Source of the DNA: Verrucomicrobia bacterium UBA3869
GTDB taxonomy: Bacteria > Verrucomicrobiota > Verrucomicrobiia > Opitutales > UBA9783
Direction of reading: 5' to 3'
Assembly: GCA_002392285.1 (NCBI GenBank)
Contig: DGGR01000006.1
Span: 110 to 32,109 of the forward strand
Length of the DNA stretch: 32,000 nt
Of the stretch, positions 9,560 through 18,452 are shown in pieces. The notes beneath the pieces were generated by a model, which was not told where the DNA came from, searched no databases, and saw only the letters and a program-made list of their open reading frames with translations. The stretch's first letter is position 1, and the number at the start of each line of letters is the position of its first letter. The position numbers were made by a program, and so were the translations under genes.

Positions 9560-10831
9560 TTACTCGTTGCTTTGCGTCCCCTGAGCTTGAAGTTTATTGA
9601 TGATCTTGTCGTAATCCTCCATGTTGAGTTCAGCAGCTTTAAAATCTTCTGCGGTTAAGCTACTCAGTACTTCTGGACTATTGATACCCATATCTACCAA
9701 TTTAGCAGCGGCTACATCCGATATGCCTGCAAATTGGATCAGTGCTTGCATCGCTTGAATCTTTTTATCTTCAAAGCTTAGGTTGATGCTATCCGCATGC
9801 TCTACTTTGATTTCGTATCCGAGTAATTGACTGGCTAACTTTAGGTTGCGTCCGCTCTTGCCTACGAAAATAGCAAAGTCTTTTTCAGGTAATTGAAATT
9901 GGATTGTACGCGAAGCATCATCAATCGACAGGGATTGAGGAACTGCTGGCCGTGTAATTTCACTAATAAAGGTACGCAGATCATCGGAATAACGGATAAT
10001 ATCAATTTTTTCCTGTTCGCCTAATGCTTTAAGAATGCATTTAATACGTGAGCCGTGCGATCCGATGCACGCACCAACAGGGTCAATGCTAGAATCGGAC
10101 GATGTAACGCAAATTTTGGTTCTATATCCTGGATCTCTTACAATGGCTTTGATTTGAATCCGTGCGGGGCGTCCGTCTGACGAAACCAATTCCGGGATTT
10201 CGCGCTCTAATAATTTAATAACAAAGCCTGGTGCGGTACGGGATAATACCAATTCAGGGCCATGAGGGGTTTCCTTGATGCTTTGTAGTAAACAATCAAT
10301 GGGATCGCCTGGTTGGAATTTATCGGACCAAATAGCTTGTTTGTGAAACAAGGTGCCTTCTGCTTTTCCAAAATCGATGATCAAATTTCCGTGTTCGCTG
10401 TAGCGCATAACTCCTTGGATGATCGTGCCTACTCGATCTTGGAATTGTTCGTAAATATGCTCTTTTTCAAAACGACGAACGCTTTGGTTGATCATTTGAC
10501 GAACCGTTTGCGCTGCAATACGTCCCAATGACTCTAATTTAAGCGGTTCTTCTATAATATCCCCCAGTTTAGCTTTTGAATTTTTCTTCAAAGCCTTACT
10601 GATATGCATTTCGACATTGTCGTTAATAACCGAATCTACGACTTTATACTGAGTATAAGCTTGTAAAACTCCAGTTTTTGGATCGATAGCTACACGAATT
10701 TCTTTCGCATCCTGATTATCCTTCAGGGCAGCTTTTTTAATGGCATTAACAATCGCAGCGATCATGTCTTCGCGGCTAATACCTTTTTCGCGTTCCATGT
10801 ATTCAAAAATGGGCAACAGATCGTCTTTCAT
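9560..10831 (-). CDS. nusA: Transcription termination/antitermination factor NusA
   Basis: The N-terminus MKDDLLPIFEYMEREKGISREDMIAAIVNAIKKA matches the canonical NusA start. S1 and KH regions follow (GACIGSHGSRIK, FVGKSGRNLKLASQL). The track ORF extends 21 codons further to 10894, which I consider less likely. Confidence 0.9.
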   Translation of the reverse strand: MKDDLLPIFEYMEREKGISREDMIAAIVNAIKKAALKDNQDAKEIRVAIDPKTGVLQAYTQYKVVDSVINDNVEMHISKALKKNSKAKLGDIIEEPLKLESLGRIAAQTVRQMINQSVRRFEKEHIYEQFQDRVGTIIQGVMRYSEHGNLIIDFGKAEGTLFHKQAIWSDKFQPGDPIDCLLQSIKETPHGPELVLSRTAPGFVIKLLEREIPELVSSDGRPARIQIKAIVRDPGYRTKICVTSSDSSIDPVGACIGSHGSRIKCILKALGEQEKIDIIRYSDDLRTFISEITRPAVPQSLSIDDASRTIQFQLPEKDFAIFVGKSGRNLKLASQLLGYEIKVEHADSINLSFEDKKIQAMQALIQFAGISDVAAAKLVDMGINSPEVLSSLTAEDFKAAELNMEDYDKIINKLQAQGTQSNE

Positions 10832-11043
10832 AAAAACTATTGCCTTACTCAATAAAATCAGACGCTGTTTGTCAAACTTTCCCCAAGTAAGCACGGATGG
10901 GCTTAAGCAAAGCGTTAAGCGGAGTAAGGTGGAAGAAGGGATAGGGTGGATGAAAGGTGAGCATTTTATTTTTTCGCTTGCGGTTTCTAAAATAAAAGCT
11001 TTACGATACCTGCATCATTTGTAATGGTTTTCTGTTAAGAGCT

Positions 11044-11256
11044 ATGAGTACTGTGAGTCAAGAAGGAAATACTGAAAGTAAAAAAGAACGCGTTAATGTA
11101 TGGGAATTAACGTGGTTAGATGTGGAACAGCTCAAGAAATATACGACGGAATCAGGTAGAATTTTGCCGCGTCGTGTTACACGTTTAAGCGCTATGGAAC
11201 AGCGTTATGTTACGAAGCTCATCAAACGGGCTCGTAATATGTTAGCATTGCTGTAA
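11044..11256 (+). CDS. rpsR: 30S ribosomal protein S18
   Basis: 70 aa ending GRILPRRVTRLSAMEQRYVTKLIKRARNMLALL, the S18 signature. It stands alone, without an rpsF/ssb/rplI context. Confidence 0.88.
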   Translation: MSTVSQEGNTESKKERVNVWELTWLDVEQLKKYTTESGRILPRRVTRLSAMEQRYVTKLIKRARNMLALL

Positions 11257-11263
11257 TCCTTTT

Positions 11264-12261
11264 ATGCGGGCGCAGGTTGGGGTAAGTCCTAAAGAAGCAG
11301 CTGCGTGGTTGGTTAAAGGAGAACCGGTAGCGTTACCAACCGAAACCGTTTATGGGTTAGCCGCCCCTTTGTCTGCGGTTGATACGATTAAGAAAATTTA
11401 TACGCTCAAGCAGCGTCCTCAAGAAAATCCATTGATTGTCCACGTATTAGGTGTGGAACAGTTACAATGGGTTGCTGAGGTTACTCCTTTGGTGCTACGT
11501 TTGGTAAAGCATTTTTGGCCCGGGCCATTAACCCTTGTGCTAAAAAAAAAGCTTGTGTGCCAGCTTGCGTAACGGCAGGTCAACCGTCAGTAGCGGTTCG
11601 TTGCCCATCGAGTTCTTTATTTCGAGCAGTTATTGAGTTGATGGGAGAACCCTTGGTAGCTCCGAGCGCTAACCGTTTCCAGCAGATCAGTCCTACATCA
11701 GCTCAGCATGTTGCGCAAGGAATGGGGGATGTAGTGGCTTACATACTCGATGGAGGTCCGTGTTCCTTTGGATTAGAATCAACCATTCTTTCTCTGGTAT
11801 CGGAAGATCAACCTACCTTGTTGCGTCAAGGACCCATTACCCAAGAGTCGTTGGAGGCGTTTTTGGAACGTCCTATCCAAACACTTTCGTCCGTATCGGT
11901 TAAGGGAGTGCATTTATCTCCAGGGCTTTATAAACGTCATTATAGCCCGCAAACCCCGCTGTATTTAGTGCGTCATTTAGAGCAATTTCAGGCGCCGATT
12001 GAGCTCCGAAAGACCTTTGAAGTGGGTGCTGCGCATGTATTTTTGTATCCCCCGTGCCATCTTTTGGCGTCCAATGAGTTTGTTTTAAGTCCAAAGGGGG
12101 ATTTGTCGGAAGTAGCCACCTCTTTATTTGATTGCTTGCAGCGCTTGGATAACCAACAGTGGCAGTCTATTTGGATGGAAAAGGCCCCAGATGCAGGCAT
12201 AGGAAAGGCGATTAACGACCGTTTGTCGCGCGCCGCTGTTCGGGATTTAAGCGAACTTTAG
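11264..12261 (+). CDS. tsaC: L-threonylcarbamoyladenylate synthase Sua5/TsaC (YrdC domain + Sua5 C-terminal domain), interrupted by a -1 frame change at an A9 tract
   Basis: Fragment 1 (11264-11572) reads ..ALPTETVYGLAA..RPQENPLIVHV..FWPGPLTLVLKKK. Fragment 2 (frame of 11515-12261) reads KKKACVPACVTAGQPSVAVRCP..LVAPSANRFQQISPTSAQHV..ILDGGPCSFGLESTIL plus the Sua5 C-domain. Joined at the A-run (11542-11550), the two fragments give one collinear Sua5 of about 332 aa. Confidence 0.85.
11545..11551 (+). other. Slippery heptamer A_AAA_AAG (within the A9 run 11542-11550) at the sua5 frame junction
   Basis: In the upstream frame the codons are CTA AAA AAA AAG. A -1 slip on A AAA AAG lands on AAA AAA GCT, which is exactly the downstream frame. 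One extra A (A10) would have the same effect. I saw no convincing downstream hairpin or upstream SD-like stimulator. Confidence 0.5.
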
Positions 12262-12460
12262 CGGTTATATTGATAGAATAGGTTAGGGAGCAGGGTACCG
12301 TGTGCCCAGAATTGGTTTAACGCGCAGGCACTTTGAGTATGAATATATCAGAGGGAAGTATTGATCCGAATGAATTAAAAGTGGCAAAGCATTCTGTTCT
12401 TTTAATAGTTGACGGAGCTGTTATTTTCACTGCTTAATATAGTTTTTAATAAGAAATCTT

Positions 12461-13966
12461 GTGGAGGAGACTAGTCAGTTTTCAAAGCTTAGGGGAATCT
12501 TTTTTCCTATCTATGCTTATGAGCTCAAAAAAATCGTTCCTTTAGCTTGTATTTTATTCTTTTCGCTTTTTAACCATTATTGTCTCAAAAACATCAAGGA
12601 TTCTTTGGTGGTAACAGCGGTGGGGGCGGAAGCAATTGCCTTTATCAAATTGTTTTTGGTGCCGCCGGCAGCGATTTTATTCATGTTGGTGTATACCAAG
12701 GTCAGCGATCGCTTGAAGAACGAGCATCTGTATTATGCAACTTTGGGTTCGTTTGTTAGCTTTTTTGTCCTATTTGTATTGGTTTTGTACCCCCTAAAGA
12801 ACTATGTGTGTCCATCGGCGGACAGCATCACTCGGCTTCAAACGCAATTCCCATCGTGTGGTTTGGCGTTTGCGCTTATTGGGGTTTGGCCTTATGCGCT
12901 GTTCTTTATCTTTGCAGAATTGTGGAGTACGTTTATTTTGTCGCTTTCGTTTTGGCAATTTATGAACCAAATTACGGAGTTGCAGGAAGCAAAGCGTATT
13001 TATGGGGTTTTGTTGTTATTAGGGCAGGGAGCGGTAACGATTTCAGGAGGGGTTGGCTTTATCGCTTCAAATATCCGTGAAAAGGTGTCCTGTGCTGATC
13101 CTTGGCAAATAACGCTTTATTGGCTGATTGGGTCAGTGACCGTAACCAGCATTTTGTCGATGTGCATTTATCATTGGATTTATCGACATGTTTTGACCGA
13201 CAAACGATTTTACAATAAGCCGGAATTGCCCGGATTTCACGTAAAAGATAAAAAGAAAAGTAGCCTTTGGAACAGCTTAAAGGTGGTTGTGCGTTCGCAT
13301 TATGTTCGCTTACTCATCTTCTTGGTATTCTGTTATAGCGTCTGCGATAACATCTTAGAGAATTTCTGGAAACATGCAGTTAAGGTTATTTATCCCAACA
13401 TCAACGATTATAATTCCTTTATGAGCGCGTACACGTTTATATACGGTATACTGTCTATGGGTGTGGTGCTCATTACCGGCTATATATTCCGGCGATTCCA
13501 ATGGGGAGTTGGGGCTATGCTAACTCCTATGGTTGTGTTGGTGGGGGGTGTTTGCTTATTTCTGTCGTTTTTGGGCGAACAGTTCTTGTCGGGGAGCGTG
13601 GGAATGGTGGTAGGAATTCAAACGACCATTGTGTATGTTGGATTGATAACGTTAGTTCTTGATAAAGGGTTTAAAATGTCCTTTTTCGATATGAGCAAAG
13701 AGATGGCGTTTATCCCCTTGGATGATGAGCTTAAGGTAAAAGGTAAGGCAATTACGGATGTGTTTGGTTATCGCTTTGGAAAATCTTTTGGTTCGGGCTT
13801 ACAGGTGATTCTGTTGTCCTTGGTAAGCGCTTTATCAGGAGTTAAGGCAACCTACGAAAGCATTGCGATCTATGCGTTTGTGGTATTTTTAACCTGTGCG
13901 ACCGTGTGGGTTATTTCGGTGTTCCGGTTGAATCGCAAAATTCAAAGAAGTCGAGAATTATCCTAA
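12461..13966 (+). CDS. tlc: ATP/ADP translocase / nucleotide transporter (Npt/Tlc family)
   Basis: 501 aa polytopic membrane protein. The N-terminus SQFSKLRGIFFPIYAYELKKIVPL..NIKDSLVVTAVGAEAIAFIKLFLVPPAAILFMLVYTKVSDRL is collinear with chlamydial Npt1 and rickettsial Tlc N-termini as I recall them. The only in-frame start upstream of that conserved block is GTG 12461. Confidence 0.88.
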   Translation: MEETSQFSKLRGIFFPIYAYELKKIVPLACILFFSLFNHYCLKNIKDSLVVTAVGAEAIAFIKLFLVPPAAILFMLVYTKVSDRLKNEHLYYATLGSFVSFFVLFVLVLYPLKNYVCPSADSITRLQTQFPSCGLAFALIGVWPYALFFIFAELWSTFILSLSFWQFMNQITELQEAKRIYGVLLLLGQGAVTISGGVGFIASNIREKVSCADPWQITLYWLIGSVTVTSILSMCIYHWIYRHVLTDKRFYNKPELPGFHVKDKKKSSLWNSLKVVVRSHYVRLLIFLVFCYSVCDNILENFWKHAVKVIYPNINDYNSFMSAYTFIYGILSMGVVLITGYIFRRFQWGVGAMLTPMVVLVGGVCLFLSFLGEQFLSGSVGMVVGIQTTIVYVGLITLVLDKGFKMSFFDMSKEMAFIPLDDELKVKGKAITDVFGYRFGKSFGSGLQVILLSLVSALSGVKATYESIAIYAFVVFLTCATVWVISVFRLNRKIQRSRELS

Positions 13967-13985
13967 AAATTTAACAAAAAGGGAG

Positions 13986-14033
13986 GATGACCTACTAATA
14001 AAGTTTGGCAAATGGTCATCGTTACGTTTTTTT
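13986..14033 (+). terminator. Possible intrinsic terminator downstream of the translocase gene
   Basis: GATGACC (13986-13992) pairs with GGTCATC (14014-14020), a 7-bp stem with a large 21-nt loop. A T7 run at 14027-14033 follows 6 nt later. The geometry is atypical. Confidence 0.35.
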
Positions 14034-14042
14034 AAGGTGTAA

Positions 14043-16136
14043 ATGGTTCCATTGCAACAGCCTAAGTTGTTATTGTTAATCGGGGGGATAATGGCTCCGG
14101 TTTGTATTTTGTCAGCTCTGGCTCTATCGTCAGATCAACCGGTTGTGTATGACCATAAAACCCGTACGTCGATTGCCGAAGGTAATGCAGAATTGTTAAG
14201 CGAGGATGCACGTTTACAAGCTGATCGCATTTGTTATGTAACGGAAAACGCTAAGGGATTGGCAGATGGAAGGGTGCGTCTTACCCATGCGTTAGGGCGT
14301 ATCGCTAGTAATTCGGGATTCTATTATGTAAACGATAAAACCTTTGCGGTGGATTCGTTTCGCATGGCTGCATTTGGCCATGGAGTACGTGGGTCTTCGA
14401 TGCATGGAACTCGGGATTGCGCGTATGCAAAAGATGTTGAAATCGATGTTCATGGAGCGCGACGGGATGTGGCGGGGGTTCATATTCATGCCAAAGAAGT
14501 AGAAGTGCATCCGCGCGATGCGATTTTGAAAAAAGCAACGGTCAAAATTGGTAAGATTCCCGTTTGGTATCTACCCACCTATCATCTTAAAGATCGGTCT
14601 AACGAACAGAAGGTTTGTACGTTGTGGACGGAAGCAGATGTGTTGAGCAGCAACCGGCATATACGCAATGATTTGGTGTTGAATTATGGGCAGATTCGGC
14701 CAGGGATCATGCTCGATTATTATCACAAACGCGGCCCATTAGTGGGTGGTTTGCTTCGTTATGATACACCTTATGGGCACGGTGGGTTTCGAGCGGCTGG
14801 ATTGAATGACAAAAGCTATCGGAATCGACCGAATGTCAAAAGTAAACGGCATTGGTTTGAATGGCGGCATCAGGGGCACATTGAAGACCGGGTGGATATA
14901 AGCGCTCAAGTTGAGTGGATGCGCGATAAAGAGGTTATTCGCGATATACGTCCTAATCAAAATGATGGAATGCGCCAACAGGCAGATAATTTTACCGAAG
15001 CGGTTTATCGCGGCGATGAATTTGTAGCTAATGTGGTTACGCGGCACCACTTGAACCGTTTCCATACGGTTCAAGAACGTTTGCCGGAAGCCCGTTTTGA
15101 GTACTTGCCGGTGCCGATTGGGAATAGCCCGCTTTATCATCAATTTGGCGGCGGGGTATCGCATGTTCGGGAACGTCGGTCGGGCGAGAGTATTCGTCGT
15201 ACCCTGAAACGCGGCGATCTGTATTATGGTTTATCGCTGCCGATGTCCGTTTCTAAGGCCTGTAGTATTACTCCGTTGGTGAGTGGACGTATGATTTCCT
15301 ATGCTGGATTAAACAATCCGGATCATAAGAGTACCTACACGCGTTATTTAGGGCAATTAGGAGCGGATGTGCGTTTCCATGCTTATGGGGATTATGCACA
15401 CAAGAACAAGTATTGGAATATTTACGACTTTCGTCATTTAATTCAGCCGGTAATTCAATACCGCTATATGCCGCATGGGCATCAAGGGCAGGCGTTTGTT
15501 CCGGCTATTGATCGTGAGGTAGATGGGGGAGAGAATGCATGTTCGTTGAGCGAAATCGATCTGTTGAACCGGCGGGATATCGATGATATGAACGATATGC
15601 ATTTAATGCGTTTCGGATTGGAGAATTTCTTATATGCCTTTGGCTGGGATGGCAGTGAACGCGAATGGTTATCAGCGCATATTTACCAAGATGTACAGAT
15701 GAAGCGCAATTGGGTCAATGGGCAGCAACAGCATCATTTGGGTGGTACTTGCACGAAGGTTGAATGGCGGCCTGCCGACTTTTTATCCTTTGATCAGAGT
15801 TTGTACTTCGATTTAGGCAATAAGCGCTTAAAATGGGCCAATACCGGGGTAACGTTCAAGGAAAGCGATTTGTGGGAATTTCGCATAGGGCATATTTACT
15901 TGAGGAATACTGGGAGTATTCAGCACCAATGTTCTTTGGGTGGAACTTATTACCTTAACTCCAGAAACCAATTGTTGACTAATACGGTTCTTACCTTCAA
16001 GCAATTGGGTTTTGTATCGCAATCGTTTATGTGGAAAACGGTTATTTCGCATATTTGGTGGTTTAGTACGGAATTTAAGTGGGATAAATTGTATAAGTGG
16101 CAGCTGTTATTTGGCTTAAATTTGAGCTCTTGGTAA
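14043..16136 (+). CDS. lptD: LptD/OstA-like outer-membrane LPS-assembly protein
   Basis: 697 aa with an N-terminal signal-like segment. An OstA-like repeat pattern follows (..IAEGNAELLSEDARLQADRICYV..AKGLADGRVRLTH..). The protein is long, aromatic- and Gly-rich (beta-barrel-like), and ends in ..FGLNLSSW, an OMP-type aromatic terminus. Confidence 0.6.
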   Translation: MVPLQQPKLLLLIGGIMAPVCILSALALSSDQPVVYDHKTRTSIAEGNAELLSEDARLQADRICYVTENAKGLADGRVRLTHALGRIASNSGFYYVNDKTFAVDSFRMAAFGHGVRGSSMHGTRDCAYAKDVEIDVHGARRDVAGVHIHAKEVEVHPRDAILKKATVKIGKIPVWYLPTYHLKDRSNEQKVCTLWTEADVLSSNRHIRNDLVLNYGQIRPGIMLDYYHKRGPLVGGLLRYDTPYGHGGFRAAGLNDKSYRNRPNVKSKRHWFEWRHQGHIEDRVDISAQVEWMRDKEVIRDIRPNQNDGMRQQADNFTEAVYRGDEFVANVVTRHHLNRFHTVQERLPEARFEYLPVPIGNSPLYHQFGGGVSHVRERRSGESIRRTLKRGDLYYGLSLPMSVSKACSITPLVSGRMISYAGLNNPDHKSTYTRYLGQLGADVRFHAYGDYAHKNKYWNIYDFRHLIQPVIQYRYMPHGHQGQAFVPAIDREVDGGENACSLSEIDLLNRRDIDDMNDMHLMRFGLENFLYAFGWDGSEREWLSAHIYQDVQMKRNWVNGQQQHHLGGTCTKVEWRPADFLSFDQSLYFDLGNKRLKWANTGVTFKESDLWEFRIGHIYLRNTGSIQHQCSLGGTYYLNSRNQLLTNTVLTFKQLGFVSQSFMWKTVISHIWWFSTEFKWDKLYKWQLLFGLNLSSW

Positions 16137-16187
16137 CAGCGCATAGGTCGTCTTGATGCGATTTTGCTTGGTGCCAATAGGGGAGAT

Positions 16188-17294
16188 ATGTTAAAATATC
16201 ATCGATTTTTTTCCTTTTCAGATTATAGGGTAAACGATTACAAGGCTATGCTATCGAATGTTTTTACAGCGCGCGTATTACACCGTAGCCTTTTGTCTCA
16301 AGGACCAACGACAAAACCGATTTATTGCATACGGTTTTCATGTCCCAAAGGATATACGTTTGAACCGGGTGATGTGGTCTTTGTGCATGCCAAGAACGAT
16401 CCTAAGTGGGTTCAGCGAGCGTTATCAATATTAAAAGCCACTGGAAAGGAGCAGGTTGCAGGCCCTAATGGAGCACAATGGACATTGGAAGAAGCTTTGT
16501 CAGAGCATTATGAGCTACGTTTTAAAGCTAGTGTTTGGGAACAGGTACCATCCGAATTGAAGGATGATTTTTGGGGATGCTTAGCTTGGTATCAACAGCA
16601 ATCGATGGGGACCCATTTAGGCCGTTATTTATTGCCGATGCGTCCACGCGCTTATTCCATTGCATCAGCACAAAAGTTAGCTCCTGATCGCTTCGATTTG
16701 ATTGTCGCGTTGGTTACCTACCGAATGGTTGAAGGCAGTGTTTGCGAGGGTCTTTCCAGTGGGTTTTTGTGCAAACGGATTCAGGTAGGCGATGAAGTAC
16801 CTTTGCATATCATTGCGTCTAAGTTTCGGCTTCCCAAGGATGATTCGCGGCCGGTTATTATGGTGGGTCCCGGAACTGGGATCGCTCCCTTTAAAGCCTT
16901 TTTGGAATACCGTAAGGCGGTCGGTGCACCTGGACCCAATTGGTTGTTCTTTGGCGGTCGGCATCAGGCAAATGATTTTATCTTAAAGGATTTTTTGGAA
17001 TCGATGCAGGCGGATGGATTTTTAACCCGTTTGGATTTAGCGTTTTCGCGCGACCAAAACCATAAGGTTTATGTTCAACACCGTATGCTGGAACACGCTA
17101 AGGAGCTATGGGATTGGTTTCGTCGGGGGGCGTATTTTTATATCTGTGGCGATGCTCGAGGAATGGCAAAGGACGTTGAAAGCACGTTATTGACTATTAT
17201 TCAGCAGGAAGAACGCTTGTCGTTAGCAGAAGCTCAAATTTACTTAAAGGATTTGCGACGCGAAAGCCGTTACCAAATGGATGTTTATGGGTGA
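16188..17294 (+). CDS. FAD/NADPH-binding oxidoreductase, CysJ (sulfite reductase flavoprotein)/diflavin-reductase C-terminal module without an FMN domain
   Basis: RAYSIAS (FAD RxYS motif), MVGPGTGIAPFKAF (NADPH GTGIAPF motif), YICGDARGMAKDV and the C-terminal YQMDVYG are present. There is no flavodoxin-like N-terminal domain. The start is uncertain: TTG 16164, ATG 16188 or ATG 16248. Confidence 0.75.
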   Translation: MLKYHRFFSFSDYRVNDYKAMLSNVFTARVLHRSLLSQGPTTKPIYCIRFSCPKGYTFEPGDVVFVHAKNDPKWVQRALSILKATGKEQVAGPNGAQWTLEEALSEHYELRFKASVWEQVPSELKDDFWGCLAWYQQQSMGTHLGRYLLPMRPRAYSIASAQKLAPDRFDLIVALVTYRMVEGSVCEGLSSGFLCKRIQVGDEVPLHIIASKFRLPKDDSRPVIMVGPGTGIAPFKAFLEYRKAVGAPGPNWLFFGGRHQANDFILKDFLESMQADGFLTRLDLAFSRDQNHKVYVQHRMLEHAKELWDWFRRGAYFYICGDARGMAKDVESTLLTIIQQEERLSLAEAQIYLKDLRRESRYQMDVYG

Positions 17295-18411
17295 TCGTAT
17301 TGCTTATGTTATTTATAACACTCCACAGCAGGATAAAAACTTACTTTATTGGGGTCATTTTGATGCACCGGATCCCTTTTTTGCGTTAACAGTGGGAGGC
17401 CGAAAGTTGGCATTTGTATCGGAATTGGAATATGGCCGATGCAAGGCGAGCAGTACGTTTGACGAAGTTTTTTTGAGGTCCGATGTGCAAAAACGCTCTG
17501 TATTGGCATATCCGCAGGGAACCCCTTGGTCTGCCTTTTTCCGGTATCTTCAGCAACAGTATGCGATTGATCGCTTTGTGGTTCCGAATGATTTTCCGGC
17601 AACGGTGTACGCTCAGTGTTATCAAACGGTGCCTTTAGGATTTGATGCTGCTGCGTTTGAAACCACGCGGGCGATTAAAACAGTTTCGGAAATCGATGAA
17701 ATCCGTAAGGCGTGTAAGGTTACAGCGGATATGTTAGGGTACGCCAAAAGTATTTTGCACCACAGTACGGTTCACAATCACCAATTGGAGTACGAAGGGT
17801 CTGTGTTGACGTCTGAACGTTTGCGGACGTTGATGGAACAGTATGGGTTTAACCACGGCGCTTGCGCAGAGGACACCATTGTAGCAGGGGGCGAACAAGC
17901 TGTGCATCCGCATCATAGGGGCGAAGGACCTTTGTACGAAGGTCAATTGATTGTACTCGATTGCTTTCCTTATTTAAAGCAATCTGGTTATTATGGGGAT
18001 ATGACCCGAACGGTCGTGAAAGGGTATGCAAAGCCAGAACAGATGCGAATGTATCAATGCGTACGGGATTGCCAACAGGCGTTGATTGAGCGTATACACC
18101 CAGGGGTATTAACATCGGATTTGATGCAATTTGCGCTGGATTTTTTTGAGCGTGCTGGGTTTGGGTTGAAGCAAACAGCCATGGGTTGCGAAGGCTTTAT
18201 TCATAGTGTGGGTCATGGGGTAGGTTTAGGCCTTCATGAATACCCATCCGTAGGTGCGCAAGCGATTGCGTTGGAAGCGGGTATGGTGATTACGGTTGAG
18301 CCGGGTTTGTATTTCCATACTATCGGAGGGGTTCGTATTGAGGATGATGTGGTGGTAACGCCTACGGGCTGCGAACGTTTATCGGACTACTCTTACGAGT
18401 TATGTGTATAA
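17281..18411 (+). CDS. pepP: M24-family Xaa-Pro aminopeptidase/dipeptidase
   Basis: Metal-ligand pattern VLDCFP..YYGDMTRT, HSVGHGVGLGLHEYP, VITVEPGLY and GGVRIEDDVVVT. Overlaps the upstream gene by 14 nt. Confidence 0.85.
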   Translation: MFMGDRIAYVIYNTPQQDKNLLYWGHFDAPDPFFALTVGGRKLAFVSELEYGRCKASSTFDEVFLRSDVQKRSVLAYPQGTPWSAFFRYLQQQYAIDRFVVPNDFPATVYAQCYQTVPLGFDAAAFETTRAIKTVSEIDEIRKACKVTADMLGYAKSILHHSTVHNHQLEYEGSVLTSERLRTLMEQYGFNHGACAEDTIVAGGEQAVHPHHRGEGPLYEGQLIVLDCFPYLKQSGYYGDMTRTVVKGYAKPEQMRMYQCVRDCQQALIERIHPGVLTSDLMQFALDFFERAGFGLKQTAMGCEGFIHSVGHGVGLGLHEYPSVGAQAIALEAGMVITVEPGLYFHTIGGVRIEDDVVVTPTGCERLSDYSYELCV

Positions 18412-18452
18412 CGGTATAAAAGCTTGTTGTTTGTTGAGGAAAAGTGTAGAAG

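Noticed and set aside
10832-11043. Possible replication origin at the strand switch between the 10.8-kb minus-strand block and the 11-kb plus-strand block. It contains two or three GGTGGA/GGTGA motifs (10928-10960) resembling degenerate DnaA boxes, followed by an AT-rich tract (10961-11010).
   Set aside because: The best box matches only 7/9 of TGTGGATAA, and there are only two or three, all in one orientation. The region is just 212 bp, and no dnaA, dnaN or other origin-linked gene is nearby. Gene orientation flips again several times after 22 kb. It is more simply a divergent promoter region for nusA and rpsR. A whole-genome cumulative GC skew would settle it.
12339-12437. 32-codon upstream ORF (MNISEGSIDPNELKVAKHSVLLIVDGAVIFTA) in the leader of the ATP/ADP translocase gene, plus a TTGACG...TGcTTAATA promoter-like pair at 12409-12439
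   Set aside because: There is no Shine-Dalgarno sequence and no recognisable peptide features, and the promoter spacer is 19-20 nt, which is too long. I cannot distinguish this from chance in an AT-rich leader.
14739-15164. 141-aa track ORF on the minus strand inside the LptD-like gene (with neighbours 14292-14510 and 14305-14538)
   Set aside because: They are antisense to a long, well-supported CDS. The translations are Arg/Ile/Pro-rich with no motifs, typical of shadow ORFs.
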